Assembly (NCBI GenBank): GCA_965217585.1
Contig: OZ244561.1
Location: 7,200,001-7,264,000, forward strand
Origin: Candidatus Latescibacterota bacterium
GTDB taxonomy: Bacteria; Latescibacterota; UBA2968; UBA8231
Length of the DNA stretch: 64,000 nt
Direction: 5' to 3'
In this document: positions 17,603 to 26,666 of the stretch, piece after piece
Layout of the letters: the number at the start of each line of letters is the position of its first letter
Numbering within the stretch: position 1 is the stretch's first letter
Program-made: the position numbers and the translations under genes
The notes under the pieces: model-generated
Seen by the model: the letters and a program-made list of their open reading frames with translations, nothing else
What the model was told of the DNA's origin: nothing
The model's database searches: none

Positions 17603-19550
17603 GCGGCTCCCCACGTCCAGCACCATCCCCCTATCAGCCCGCTCTTGGCGCACCGTTCTCACGGGTTTGCTCCTCGTAGGGGCGATCAGCGTGCTAAGCC
17701 CTTGGGGGATCCTCATAGTCAAGGGATCGCAGATCACCAGCAATGCCATCCCCGTAATCGCCGTCCTCTTCCTCTTTCTGCTGACAGCCGCGGCCCTGCC
17801 CCTGCTCAAGATGCTGGGCCGCGCGTGGGCCTTTTCCCGCGCCGAGCTCATCGCCGTGTACGCCATGATGCTGGTCGGCGCGGTCGTGGTCACCACCGGC
17901 TTCACCGGCAGCTTCCTATCGGTCATCACCGGGGCCGCGTACTACGCCACGCCGGAGAATGCCTGGCAGGAACTCTTCGTCGAATATATCCACCCTTGGC
18001 TGGCGCCCACTGATACCGAGGCCGTGCGCCTGTTCTACGAAGGGCTGCCCCAAGGCAGCGCCATACCTTGGGCCGCTTGGAGCCGCCCGCTAGTCGCCTG
18101 GACATGCTTTATCTTCGCCTTCTACTGGGTCCTCTTTTGCCTCGGCGTGTTGCTCAGAGGCCAGTGGGTCGCCAACGAGCGCCTCGTCTTCCCCCTCACC
18201 CGCCTGCCCTTAGCCATGCTCGAAGGCGCGGACTCCGCGCCCCTCCTCGGTGGTCTGTTCAAGAACCGCCTGCTGTGGCTGGGCTTTGCCGTGCCGCTCC
18301 TCATCCTCTCGTGGAACTCGCTCAACTACTACCACGACGCCTTCCAGCCCATCGCCCTGACCGGCAACCTGACCCTGCTCCAAGGCAGCGTCGGCCTGCC
18401 TTGGCGGATCAACCTGCCGATCTTGGGCCTAGCTTACCTGATGGCGCTCAGCGTTTCCTTCAGTATCTGGTTTTTCTTTTTGTTCTACACCCTAGAGAGA
18501 GTCGTCTTCGCCCGCATCGGCCTCGTAATCGGCGGGGGCGATATCTGGACCTCGGGCGGCGGCTCGGTCCCCGTTTCCCATCAGCAGGCTGGCGGCCTCT
18601 TGGTACTGGCCCTCTTCGTGCTGTGGACCGCCCGCACTCATCTGCGCCGCCTGTGGAGCCAAGCGTTAAAAGGCGAACCCGCCCCCGGCGAACTCATGGC
18701 CCCGCGCACGGCCTTTGGCGGCCTAGCAGTCGGCGTGGCATTCATGGTGGCTTGGCTGACCCTCACCGGCCTCTCCCTGTACGCGGCCCTGCTGCTGGTG
18801 GCAGGGGCACTCATCGTCTTTATCGGTCTGTCGCGCATCGTCTGCGAGGCCGGGATCCCCGGCTGCCAGACGCCGATGGCCCCGCAGGCGTTCATCACCC
18901 GAGGCATTGGCCCCGAGACCCTCGGCCTGGGCAATATGACCGGCTTGGGCCTGAGCACGGTGTGGATGGGCGAGACCGCGGCCAACATGATGAACGCGGT
19001 CATGCATAGCCTCAAGCTCACCTCCGGCGACTCGCCCGCGCCGCGCTGGCTGCTTGGGGCGCTGTTCGCCGCCATCGCCGTAGGGCTGCTTGGCTCGATC
19101 TGGTTTACCATGACCCTAGCCTATACCTATGGCGGCATCAACCTGCACGGCTGGTACTTTAGCGGCGCGCCGCGCTGGCCCTTTACCTATATGGCCTCGG
19201 TGTACAATGCACCCGAGCCGTCGTTTGCCCCGCGCCTCGCCTTCACCGCCAGTGGGAGCTTTGTCATGGCGGCTCTGCTCTTTTTGCGCCACCGCCTCGC
19301 GTGGTGGCCCCTGCATCCTCTGGGTTTTCCCATCGCCTCCACCTTTACCATCGTTTACTATGGCTGGTTGTCCATCTTTTTGGCTTGGCTCTGCAAGGCG
19401 ACCATCCTGCGCTACGGCGGAGTGCGCGCCTACCGCGCCCTGATGCCGTTCTTTTTGGGGCTGATCCTCGGCGAATTCACCACGGCCTGCCTGTGGCTCT
19501 TCATCGACGGGGCGTACGGCGTCGAGGGCAACATGATCTTCAATTTCTGA
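17598..19550 (+). CDS. DUF6785/DUF6784-type polytopic membrane protein; start codon unclear
   Basis: FSRAELIAVY, YYATPENAW, QWVANERLVFPL, RIVCEAG, WWPLHPLGF, PFFLGLILGEF; many TMs. Confidence 0.85.
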   Translation: MRRLPTSSTIPLSARSWRTVLTGLLLVGAISVLSPWGILIVKGSQITSNAIPVIAVLFLFLLTAAALPLLKMLGRAWAFSRAELIAVYAMMLVGAVVVTTGFTGSFLSVITGAAYYATPENAWQELFVEYIHPWLAPTDTEAVRLFYEGLPQGSAIPWAAWSRPLVAWTCFIFAFYWVLFCLGVLLRGQWVANERLVFPLTRLPLAMLEGADSAPLLGGLFKNRLLWLGFAVPLLILSWNSLNYYHDAFQPIALTGNLTLLQGSVGLPWRINLPILGLAYLMALSVSFSIWFFFLFYTLERVVFARIGLVIGGGDIWTSGGGSVPVSHQQAGGLLVLALFVLWTARTHLRRLWSQALKGEPAPGELMAPRTAFGGLAVGVAFMVAWLTLTGLSLYAALLLVAGALIVFIGLSRIVCEAGIPGCQTPMAPQAFITRGIGPETLGLGNMTGLGLSTVWMGETAANMMNAVMHSLKLTSGDSPAPRWLLGALFAAIAVGLLGSIWFTMTLAYTYGGINLHGWYFSGAPRWPFTYMASVYNAPEPSFAPRLAFTASGSFVMAALLFLRHRLAWWPLHPLGFPIASTFTIVYYGWLSIFLAWLCKATILRYGGVRAYRALMPFFLGLILGEFTTACLWLFIDGAYGVEGNMIFNF

Positions 19551-19706
19551 AGTCTCCTTTTCCCGCCGTAATATACGTGTAATTTGACTCAGCGGACGAA
19601 ATGCCGGACACTTGGCACAGCTTTAAGAAAAGGAGCAAACGGCCATGACCCCCCGCGAACAGATCATGCGCTACGGTTGCTGCGCGTTAGACGACCTCCC
19701 GACCCC

Positions 19707-21176
19707 ATGTTGCGCTGGCTACTGCTCCTAGCCTTGTGGGCCAGCCCGGGGTGGACGCAGGTGGATGTGCGGCTGTCCAAAATCGACGAGGGCGTCGCTT
19801 GGGTCAGCTCCTATTGGGGGTACAACGCGCCCAAACTAATCTTCGACGGCACGGCCTATTACACGCTGGGGCTGTGGGGGCCCGAGCAGGCCACGGCGCA
19901 GGGAGCGATCTACAAGCTGGAAAACGGCCACTGGCGGCGCGGTTATACGTGGGACGGCCTCAACTACCAGCCGGGCCTGTTGCTCCTCGACGGCCAGCAG
20001 CGTCTAATCCTTATCTACCCCACCATCAACGGTCCGCCCGTCGTGCTGCGAGCGACCGAGCCGGGACAGATCGACCGCTTTGAGCCGTTGCCCGTGCCAT
20101 CGTCCATCGGCAAGGCTGGGTACATGGGGGCCGGGATCCACGGGGAGCAGCTCGTCATTGCCTATATCGGCGACCCTGCCACCTATACCTTCCAGCTAGC
20201 CGTGCTCGACTTGGACGCTCAGACTTGGACCGGCCCCTTTGTCTTGGCCCCGGCCCAGCGGCAAGATGAACCCTTTACCACTTGGCTATACCCCATCGTC
20301 CAGCCCGACGCGACCGGGGTTCATCTGCTCGTGAGCAACCAGCCCGATCCAACGGCCCGCTACGACCGCATCCTCTACATGCACCTGCCCTACGCGCCAA
20401 CCGAGCCGCCCCAACCCGAAGTACTCGCGCAAGGTGAGATGGCCTTTGGCGAGGCCATGCTGCGGACGCCCGACGGCCACATCTACGTCACCGGACAGTA
20501 CCAGCCCGACGAGGAGGCGACCAACCAGCTCTACATCTTCCGGCGCGATCCGCAGACGCAAGCCTGGAGCGGCCAAGCCCTCAGCCCCTCGCAAGTCGCG
20601 GCCGTATTCCACGCGCCCGACGAGCCAGCGCGCTTGTGGATCCCCAGCACCTATGGCGCAGAACTGCGGCTCTATACCTCGGAGGACGCCGGGGCGAGCT
20701 GGAGCGTAGAGCCCCTGCCAAGCTTGGAGGAACACGGGCTGGTCTCCACCTTTTTCATGCACGGCATCTCCGCGGCCAGCGGCAGCCTCGTGCCACCGGT
20801 CCCCACCGTGGTATTCAGCGCGGGCGGCCATCCCAACTACCAGTTGTGGTTCGCCCAATTCGCAACGAGTGCACGCGCCACGGCCATCGAGGCTGAGGAC
20901 GCGGCGGCCAGCCGTGGAACAGCCCTCGTCGCCAACGCGCCCAACCCCTTCAACGGCCACACCACCATCCGCTTTGCGCTGGACGTGCCCGGGCCGGTCG
21001 AGTTGGCCGTGTACAACCTCAAGGGGCAGCGGGTAGCGATTTTGGCGCAAGGCGTGCGGTCCGCTGGTTGGCACACCGTCTCTTGGAACGGCAGCGGCTT
21101 GGCCACCGGAGTGTACCTATGCCGCTTGCAAACGGCCAACGCGACCCTGACGCGCAAATTGGTCCTGATTCGCTAA
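19707..21176 (+). CDS. Secreted propeller/BNR-like protein with C-terminal FlgD-Ig/T9SS-type sorting domain
   Basis: Signal [18 protein letters not shown]; Asp-box-like TSEDAGASW; tail [14 protein letters not shown]...VYNLKGQRV...YLCRL...RKLVLIR. Confidence 0.75.
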   Translation: MLRWLLLLALWASPGWTQVDVRLSKIDEGVAWVSSYWGYNAPKLIFDGTAYYTLGLWGPEQATAQGAIYKLENGHWRRGYTWDGLNYQPGLLLLDGQQRLILIYPTINGPPVVLRATEPGQIDRFEPLPVPSSIGKAGYMGAGIHGEQLVIAYIGDPATYTFQLAVLDLDAQTWTGPFVLAPAQRQDEPFTTWLYPIVQPDATGVHLLVSNQPDPTARYDRILYMHLPYAPTEPPQPEVLAQGEMAFGEAMLRTPDGHIYVTGQYQPDEEATNQLYIFRRDPQTQAWSGQALSPSQVAAVFHAPDEPARLWIPSTYGAELRLYTSEDAGASWSVEPLPSLEEHGLVSTFFMHGISAASGSLVPPVPTVVFSAGGHPNYQLWFAQFATSARATAIEAEDAAASRGTALVANAPNPFNGHTTIRFALDVPGPVELAVYNLKGQRVAILAQGVRSAGWHTVSWNGSGLATGVYLCRLQTANATLTRKLVLIR

Positions 21177-21196
21177 CCCATCCAAAAGGAAACACC

Positions 21197-21511
21197 ATGA
21201 TCCGCAAAGCCTTTGTCATGCAGGTTAATCCCGACCAACACGCCGAATACGAAAAGCGCCACAACCCCATCTGGCCCGAGCTGGAACAGACCCTCGTGGA
21301 ACACGGCGTCCACAACTACTCCATCTTCCTCGACGCAGACACCCACCAGCTTTTTGCCTACGTGGAGCTCGAAGACGAGGAGCGCTGGAATCGCATCGCC
21401 GAGACGCCGGACTGCCGCCGGTGGTGGACCTACATGAAGGACATCATGGCCTCCAACCCGGACGACAGCCCCTGCGCCAAGGACCTGCGCGAGGTATTTC
21501 ACATCGACTGA
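21197..21511 (+). CDS. rhaM: L-rhamnose mutarotase
   Basis: MIRKAFVM...[13 protein letters not shown]...NYSIFL...WWTYMKDIM...EVFHID, 104 aa; RBS AAGGA. Confidence 0.92.
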   Translation: MIRKAFVMQVNPDQHAEYEKRHNPIWPELEQTLVEHGVHNYSIFLDADTHQLFAYVELEDEERWNRIAETPDCRRWWTYMKDIMASNPDDSPCAKDLREVFHID

Positions 21512-21580
21512 GTTAGCGCAGAGGGCACATCGTCTTTAGCTTCTATACTCTAATTTCGCTGCGAAATTCGACTAAAAACC

Positions 21581-22924
21581 ATGCACATTTTGGTCATAGG
21601 TGCCGGAGCCATCGGCTTCCAGTTGAGCAAGCAACTGAGCCAAGACGGGCACGATATCACCCAGATTGACACCGACCCCAGTCGCGTCAAGCGCGTCAGC
21701 GAACAGCTCGACATCATCGTCGCCGAGGGCAATGGCACTAGTTTGCAGGACTTGCGCGGGATCGGCATCGAGCAGGTGGATCTCGTCGCCGCCATGACCA
21801 CCAACGACGAGGTCAACCTACTCGCCTGTAGAATGGCCAAGAAGCTGGGCGTCGAATCCACCATTGCCCGCATCCGCAATCCCGAATTCACCGCGCCCGA
21901 CTTTATCTTCAGCCCTCAAGAACTCGGCGTCGATCAGTTCATCCACCCCGAGAAGGAAACCGCCGACGCCATCGTCCGCCTCATCCGCCAGTCCAGTGCC
22001 ACCGATCTGGTCGAGTTTGCCGAAGGCAAGCTCGTCTTGCTCGGCATGCGCCTAGATCACCAGTCCTCCCTGCTCCACGCTCCTCTGACCGAATTGGGCC
22101 GGCAGTTTGCCGACATTCCCACGCGCATCGTCGCCATCCAGCGCAAGCAGCAGACCTTGATCCCCCGCGGCACCACCAAGCTGCTGCCAGAGGACCGGAT
22201 TTTCGTCATCAGCGATCCCGACTTCCTTCCCTCCGTGGTCAGCTTAACCGGGCTCGCCGACCACCGCATCGAGGATATCGCGATCCTCGGCGGCGGCCTA
22301 ATCGGCCAGTTCGTCGCCCAAGAGCTTGCCTCACAGATGCGCGTCAGGCTCATCGAAAGCCGCGCTGATCGGTCCCGGCAAATCGCCGACCAACTCGCCA
22401 ACGTGCTGGTCATCCAAGGCGACGGCACGGACTACGATCTGTTGGCCGTCGAAGGGCTCGCCGACATGGACGCCTTTATCGCCGTTACCGGCAACGACGA
22501 GGTCAACATCATCTCGACGCTAGTCGCCAAGCACCTCGAAGTGCCGCGCGCCATCGCCTTGGTCAACAACGTCGATTACATGCCCATCACGCCGGCCATC
22601 GGTCTAGACTCGGTCTTGAGCAAACAGCTCTTAACCGTCAACGCCGTCCAGCGCTACGTGCGGCATCAGCGCATCGCCTCCATTGCCAGCCTACCCGGCC
22701 TCGACGTAGAAGCGGTCGAGTACATCGCCCACGGCGGCAGCAAGATCACCCAAAAACCCCTGATCTCTATCCGCCTGCCCAGGGATTCGATCATCGGAGC
22801 CGTCGTCCACGGCGATAGCGTGATTATCCCTCGCGGAGACACGCACATCCAGTCCGGCGACAAAGCCGTGGTCTTCGCCCGGCACTACGTCCACGAGGAA
22901 GTGAGAAAGATCTTCGGGGGGTGA
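21581..22924 (+). CDS. trkA: Trk potassium uptake NAD-binding subunit
   Basis: Two RCK units (GAGAIG; GGGLIG), DEVNLLAC, GDGTD; adjacent to trkH. Confidence 0.93.
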   Translation: MHILVIGAGAIGFQLSKQLSQDGHDITQIDTDPSRVKRVSEQLDIIVAEGNGTSLQDLRGIGIEQVDLVAAMTTNDEVNLLACRMAKKLGVESTIARIRNPEFTAPDFIFSPQELGVDQFIHPEKETADAIVRLIRQSSATDLVEFAEGKLVLLGMRLDHQSSLLHAPLTELGRQFADIPTRIVAIQRKQQTLIPRGTTKLLPEDRIFVISDPDFLPSVVSLTGLADHRIEDIAILGGGLIGQFVAQELASQMRVRLIESRADRSRQIADQLANVLVIQGDGTDYDLLAVEGLADMDAFIAVTGNDEVNIISTLVAKHLEVPRAIALVNNVDYMPITPAIGLDSVLSKQLLTVNAVQRYVRHQRIASIASLPGLDVEAVEYIAHGGSKITQKPLISIRLPRDSIIGAVVHGDSVIIPRGDTHIQSGDKAVVFARHYVHEEVRKIFGG

Positions 22925-22932
22925 ACTAACGT

Positions 22933-24381
22933 ATGCACCCCGCGGGGACATTTCGGGTGCTGGGCGTCCTGCTGACGCTGTTTAGCGTCACCATGTTAGT
23001 GCCCGCCGGCGTATCCCTCTTCTACCGCGACGGAGCGGCAACCGCCTTTCTGTTGGCCTTTGCCATTACGCTCGGCACCGGGCTGGCGTGCTGGTTGCCC
23101 GTGCGCAGGCAGCGCGCCGAGTTGCGGATCAGGGACGGCTTTTTGGTAACGGTCTTGTTCTGGGCCGTCTTGGGCTTGTACGGCTCCTTCCCGCTGATGT
23201 TGTCCGACCAGCCTAAACTGGGCTTTACCGACGCCGTATTTGAGTCCCTCTCTGGCTTGACCACGACCGGTGCTACCGTCATCCAGGGCCTAGACGACCT
23301 GCCCCGCTCCATCTTGTTATACCGCCAGCAGCTCCAGTGGTTGGGCGGCATGGGCATCATCGTCCTCGCCATTGCCGTGTTGCCCATGCTCGGCATCGGC
23401 GGGATGCAGCTTTTTCGCGCCGAGATCACCGGTCCCATTAAGGATTCAAAACTGACGCCGAGGATCACCCATACCGCCAAGGCCCTTTGGTTTATCTACT
23501 TGAGTTTAACCGTAGCCTGTGCCTTGGCCTATTGGCTGGCCGGCATGGAGCCGTTCGACGCCATCGCCCACAGCTTTTCAACGGTTGCCATCGGCGGTTT
23601 TTCAACCCACGACGCTAGCATCGGCTTTTTTAACAGCCAAGCCATTGAGCTGGTCGCCATCTTTTTTATCGTGCTATCGGGCATAAACTTCACGTTGCAC
23701 TTTTACGCCTTCCGCCAGCGGTCGCTGCATCCGTATCGCACCGACCCCGAATGCCGCACATATCTAGTTATTTTGCTAATCACCATCCTAATCGCCTCGC
23801 TGATACTCTTTACGCACAACGCGTACGGCGCTGGCGAGTCCCTGCGCTACGGCATATTCGCCACCGTGTCCATTGTCACCACCACCGGTTTTAGCATTGC
23901 GGACCATTCGATCTGGCCCAGCGTGCTGCCATTTTTGTTGTTCCTCGGCTCGTTTGTCGGTGGCTGCGCTGGCTCAACGGCGGGGGGCATTAAAACGATG
24001 CGCATGTTGCTCATTCTAAAGCAGGGAAGCCGAGAGATCACGCGCCTGATCCACCCCAACGCCGTCCTCCCTATCAAGGTGGGGCAGCGGTCGGTTCCCG
24101 ATCGGGTCATGGAAGCGGTGTGGGGGTTTTTTTCGGTGTACGTGCTGACGTTCACGATCATGTTCATCGCCGTGCTCGCCACCGACTTGGATCTGACTAC
24201 GTCCTTTTCCGCGGTAGCCGCCTGCATCAACAACTTAGGACCGGGCCTAGGGCAAGTCGTCCACCACTACGGCGACATCAATTCGGTCGCCAAGTGGATT
24301 CTGTGCTTTGCCATGCTGATTGGGCGGCTGGAGGTTTTTACGCTCTTGGTGCTGTTCAGTCCGGCGTTTTGGCGCAAGTGA
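22933..24381 (+). CDS. trkH: Trk potassium uptake membrane subunit
   Basis: FESLSGLTTTGAT, QWLGGMG, GGFST, TTTGF, GGCAGSTAGGIK, NNLGPG, GRLE. Confidence 0.95.
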   Translation: MHPAGTFRVLGVLLTLFSVTMLVPAGVSLFYRDGAATAFLLAFAITLGTGLACWLPVRRQRAELRIRDGFLVTVLFWAVLGLYGSFPLMLSDQPKLGFTDAVFESLSGLTTTGATVIQGLDDLPRSILLYRQQLQWLGGMGIIVLAIAVLPMLGIGGMQLFRAEITGPIKDSKLTPRITHTAKALWFIYLSLTVACALAYWLAGMEPFDAIAHSFSTVAIGGFSTHDASIGFFNSQAIELVAIFFIVLSGINFTLHFYAFRQRSLHPYRTDPECRTYLVILLITILIASLILFTHNAYGAGESLRYGIFATVSIVTTTGFSIADHSIWPSVLPFLLFLGSFVGGCAGSTAGGIKTMRMLLILKQGSREITRLIHPNAVLPIKVGQRSVPDRVMEAVWGFFSVYVLTFTIMFIAVLATDLDLTTSFSAVAACINNLGPGLGQVVHHYGDINSVAKWILCFAMLIGRLEVFTLLVLFSPAFWRK

Positions 24382-24928
24382 TATCTGCGGCAATGGCGGC
24401 GAGCGCTTCCCACAAATAGGTCGCCAAGCTGTAATCGACCCACAGGCGGTACGCGCGCTGCCCGTCCTCGCCGCTCGGCAACACCCCACAAGCCGCCCCG
24501 GCCACTTGTGTGTACACCATCCGCCCTGCTGGCTTACGAGCCAGCTCCACCGCGCAAGCCTGCGCCAAAATGCCCTCGGCATCATCTCCTCGCACCACCA
24601 AGGTCACCGACTGCTGCTCCACCCGATAGACCCCGGCCTCCGCAGCTTCCAACGCCGCGTTCAGACGCGCCCACAACTCCTCTGCGGGCCGACACTCCAA
24701 GATCAGTTCGCCCGTGCCCACCCGCGCCAAAACCCCATCCGCTCCCACGGGCCGCGTGTCGTATATCTGCGCTGGCAATGCGAGCGCGTGCTGCGCGGCC
24801 CACCCGACCAAGCGCGGCCCCTTGGCTCCGAGCTTGACCATATCAACCGGATGGTGCAAAGCGGCCTGCACCGGAGCAGGTGCGTCGGCGACGAGATGGG
24901 CGATGGGGCTTTTGCGCGTCGTGGTCAT
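24356..24928 (-). CDS. mgdD: N-methylglutamate dehydrogenase gamma subunit (SoxG-like)
   Basis: KLGAKGP, ARVGTGELIL, ILAQACAV, YRLWVDYSLATYLWEAL; same strand as mgdABC. Confidence 0.75.
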   Translation of the reverse strand: MTTTRKSPIAHLVADAPAPVQAALHHPVDMVKLGAKGPRLVGWAAQHALALPAQIYDTRPVGADGVLARVGTGELILECRPAEELWARLNAALEAAEAGVYRVEQQSVTLVVRGDDAEGILAQACAVELARKPAGRMVYTQVAGAACGVLPSGEDGQRAYRLWVDYSLATYLWEALAAIAADITCAKTPD

Positions 24929-24944
24929 AGAGTTTATCGCGGGG

Positions 24945-25280
24945 TCATTCTCCGTACATCTCCGTGATAAGGCGTCGGAGTTGGGCCGCCGTCTCGGCGG
25001 ACAACCTGTCGATCTGGTCCCTCAGCCGCTGCTTGCTGATCGTGCGGATCTGGTCCACGGCAATTTCAGCTTCCTTGCCCGCACATTGGATATGCAGCCG
25101 ACTCCGCCACTGAGGATGTAACACGGAGGTGAGAGGACAGACGACGACCGTATCGAGAAACTGATTCATCTCATTCTGACTGACCACAACCACCGGACGC
25201 ACCTTGCGGATTTCTCCCCCCACGGTGGGCTTGAGATCGGCAAAGTAGATAGCGTATCGCTGCGGAAAAGCCGCCATCAA
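24945..25280 (-). CDS. mazF: MazF/PemK toxin (endoribonuclease)
   Basis: IYFADLKPTVGGEIRKVRPVVVVS, VCPLTS, DQIRTISKQRL. Confidence 0.92.
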   Translation of the reverse strand: MMAAFPQRYAIYFADLKPTVGGEIRKVRPVVVVSQNEMNQFLDTVVVCPLTSVLHPQWRSRLHIQCAGKEAEIAVDQIRTISKQRLRDQIDRLSAETAAQLRRLITEMYGE

Positions 25281-25519
25281 TCGAGACCATCGGCGACCGT
25301 AGTATCGAGATCGCTCCAGTCTTCGCGGTCAGCCGCCATGGCGCGGTAGGTTTCTTTCCAGGAGAGCTTGTTCTTTTCGTTGCTGTACAGAAAGATTCCT
25401 TCTTCGGTTTCTTCGAGGACGAGGGAGTCTCCCCAGCCGTATTTCTGCAACAGGACCTTGGGAAGACGAATGCCCTTAGAGTTGCCGATGGCGATCAGTT
25501 TGACGTCTCTGGTTGCCAT
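25277..25519 (-). CDS. mazE: AbrB/MazE family antitoxin
   Basis: IGNSKGIRLPK, acidic tail WSDLDTTVADGL; ATGA overlap with toxin. Confidence 0.9.
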   Translation of the reverse strand: MATRDVKLIAIGNSKGIRLPKVLLQKYGWGDSLVLEETEEGIFLYSNEKNKLSWKETYRAMAADREDWSDLDTTVADGLD

Positions 25520-25548
25520 TGCTTGGGACTTCTCCTGAAAGAATAATT

Positions 25549-25582
25549 GTAATTATAGTAATTACCTATTGAATTGTGTCAA
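25549..25582 (-). promoter_or_regulatory. mazEF promoter with palindromic operator
   Basis: -35 TTGACA (25582-77); GTAATTA-tag-TAATTAC inverted repeat (25549-65) covering the TACTAT/TATAAT -10 candidates. Confidence 0.7.
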
Positions 25583-25629
25583 GACTTGTTTCCTTACCCT
25601 TGATTGAGGAACCCAATTTCAATTCGCAC

Positions 25630-26217
25630 TTACTCTACCAACTGGGCGATATCCTCACCCTCGAACCACTTCATTTCACCATCGCACCCTTTAGCGTGAG
25701 GCAGTCGAAACAAAGCATCAGGTAATACAGCGTTGATATTATAGGGATTTATATAGAGACAGGCGGACGGGTTGTGCCACAGATTCCACAAGTCAATTCT
25801 CTGAAATCTCAAGACAGCACCAACCTGACTATCGCGAGGCCATACGCCCGGCTTACAGTCTCTACCGAATAGCACCTCCATATCATTCTCTCGGCCATTG
25901 TAGAACATGTCGCGGGCGTTCACTGCCACTACAAGCGGCGCATCAAGTTTGCGATACTTGCGAACCTTTTCCTTCAGTGCCTCCTGAATGGGTATCACAG
26001 AGTTTGTCCATTTAGCACGATGATCCCCAAGGATGAGTGGTCGCGTCGAGTCATTCCTTCGTTGCCCAAGAGGAATCGGTCTAAGCCAACCCTTTAAACT
26101 CCAGTCCCCACACTCAATTCTTTGACAAGGAGCCGCGTTGCTCCCCTGTTCATCAATCAGACGCTGAACGTCATCCGGGTTATGAGCGTCAAGTAATTTC
26201 TCGAAAGGACGAACCAC
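25630..26217 (-). pseudogene. Hypothetical protein, probably 5'-truncated
   Basis: AT-richer ORF starting right after an in-frame TAG with no clear RBS; LKEKVRKYRKLDAPLVVAVN resembles the C-terminal half of longer accessory proteins. Confidence 0.4.
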
Positions 26218-26337
26218 CTACTTCCGAATCGAACTTCAAGCCGCATAGAGCCGTGTCCTAGTATCTTCGACTCGTTGCCGGAAGAAGGGATCTTGATGGC
26301 TGAGTCAACGACGAGGTCCACAGGGTATAATCGGACT

Positions 26338-26643
26338 CTACGCCATTATTCGCCGAGGTTTCACGCGCTCGGCGATGCGCTGTCCTACCTCAATCTCGGC
26401 TCGGCACAGTTCGTAGGTCTTCTGCAGATTCAACCAAACCTGTGGCGTCGTCCCGAAATAGCGCGCTAGCCTAAGCGCAATGTCGGCAGTTACGTCCCGC
26501 TGACCGTTGAGAATCGCAGTGATGCAGTCCGGCGACACATCCAGTGCCTTAGCCAACTCGTTAGCCGACAGGCCGAGCGTTTCGAGTTCCTCGCACAATA
26601 TCTCACCCGGATGCACCGGTCTCATACCGTTTTTTACGCTCAT
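26338..26643 (-). CDS. higA: HigA family addiction-module antitoxin (orphan)
   Basis: RPVHPGEIL...LAKALDV...ITAILNGQRDVTADIALRLARYFGTTPQVWLNLQ; RBS GGAG. Confidence 0.9.
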   Translation of the reverse strand: MSVKNGMRPVHPGEILCEELETLGLSANELAKALDVSPDCITAILNGQRDVTADIALRLARYFGTTPQVWLNLQKTYELCRAEIEVGQRIAERVKPRRIMA

Positions 26644-26666
26644 GTCCTTACTCCCGTCAACAAAAA

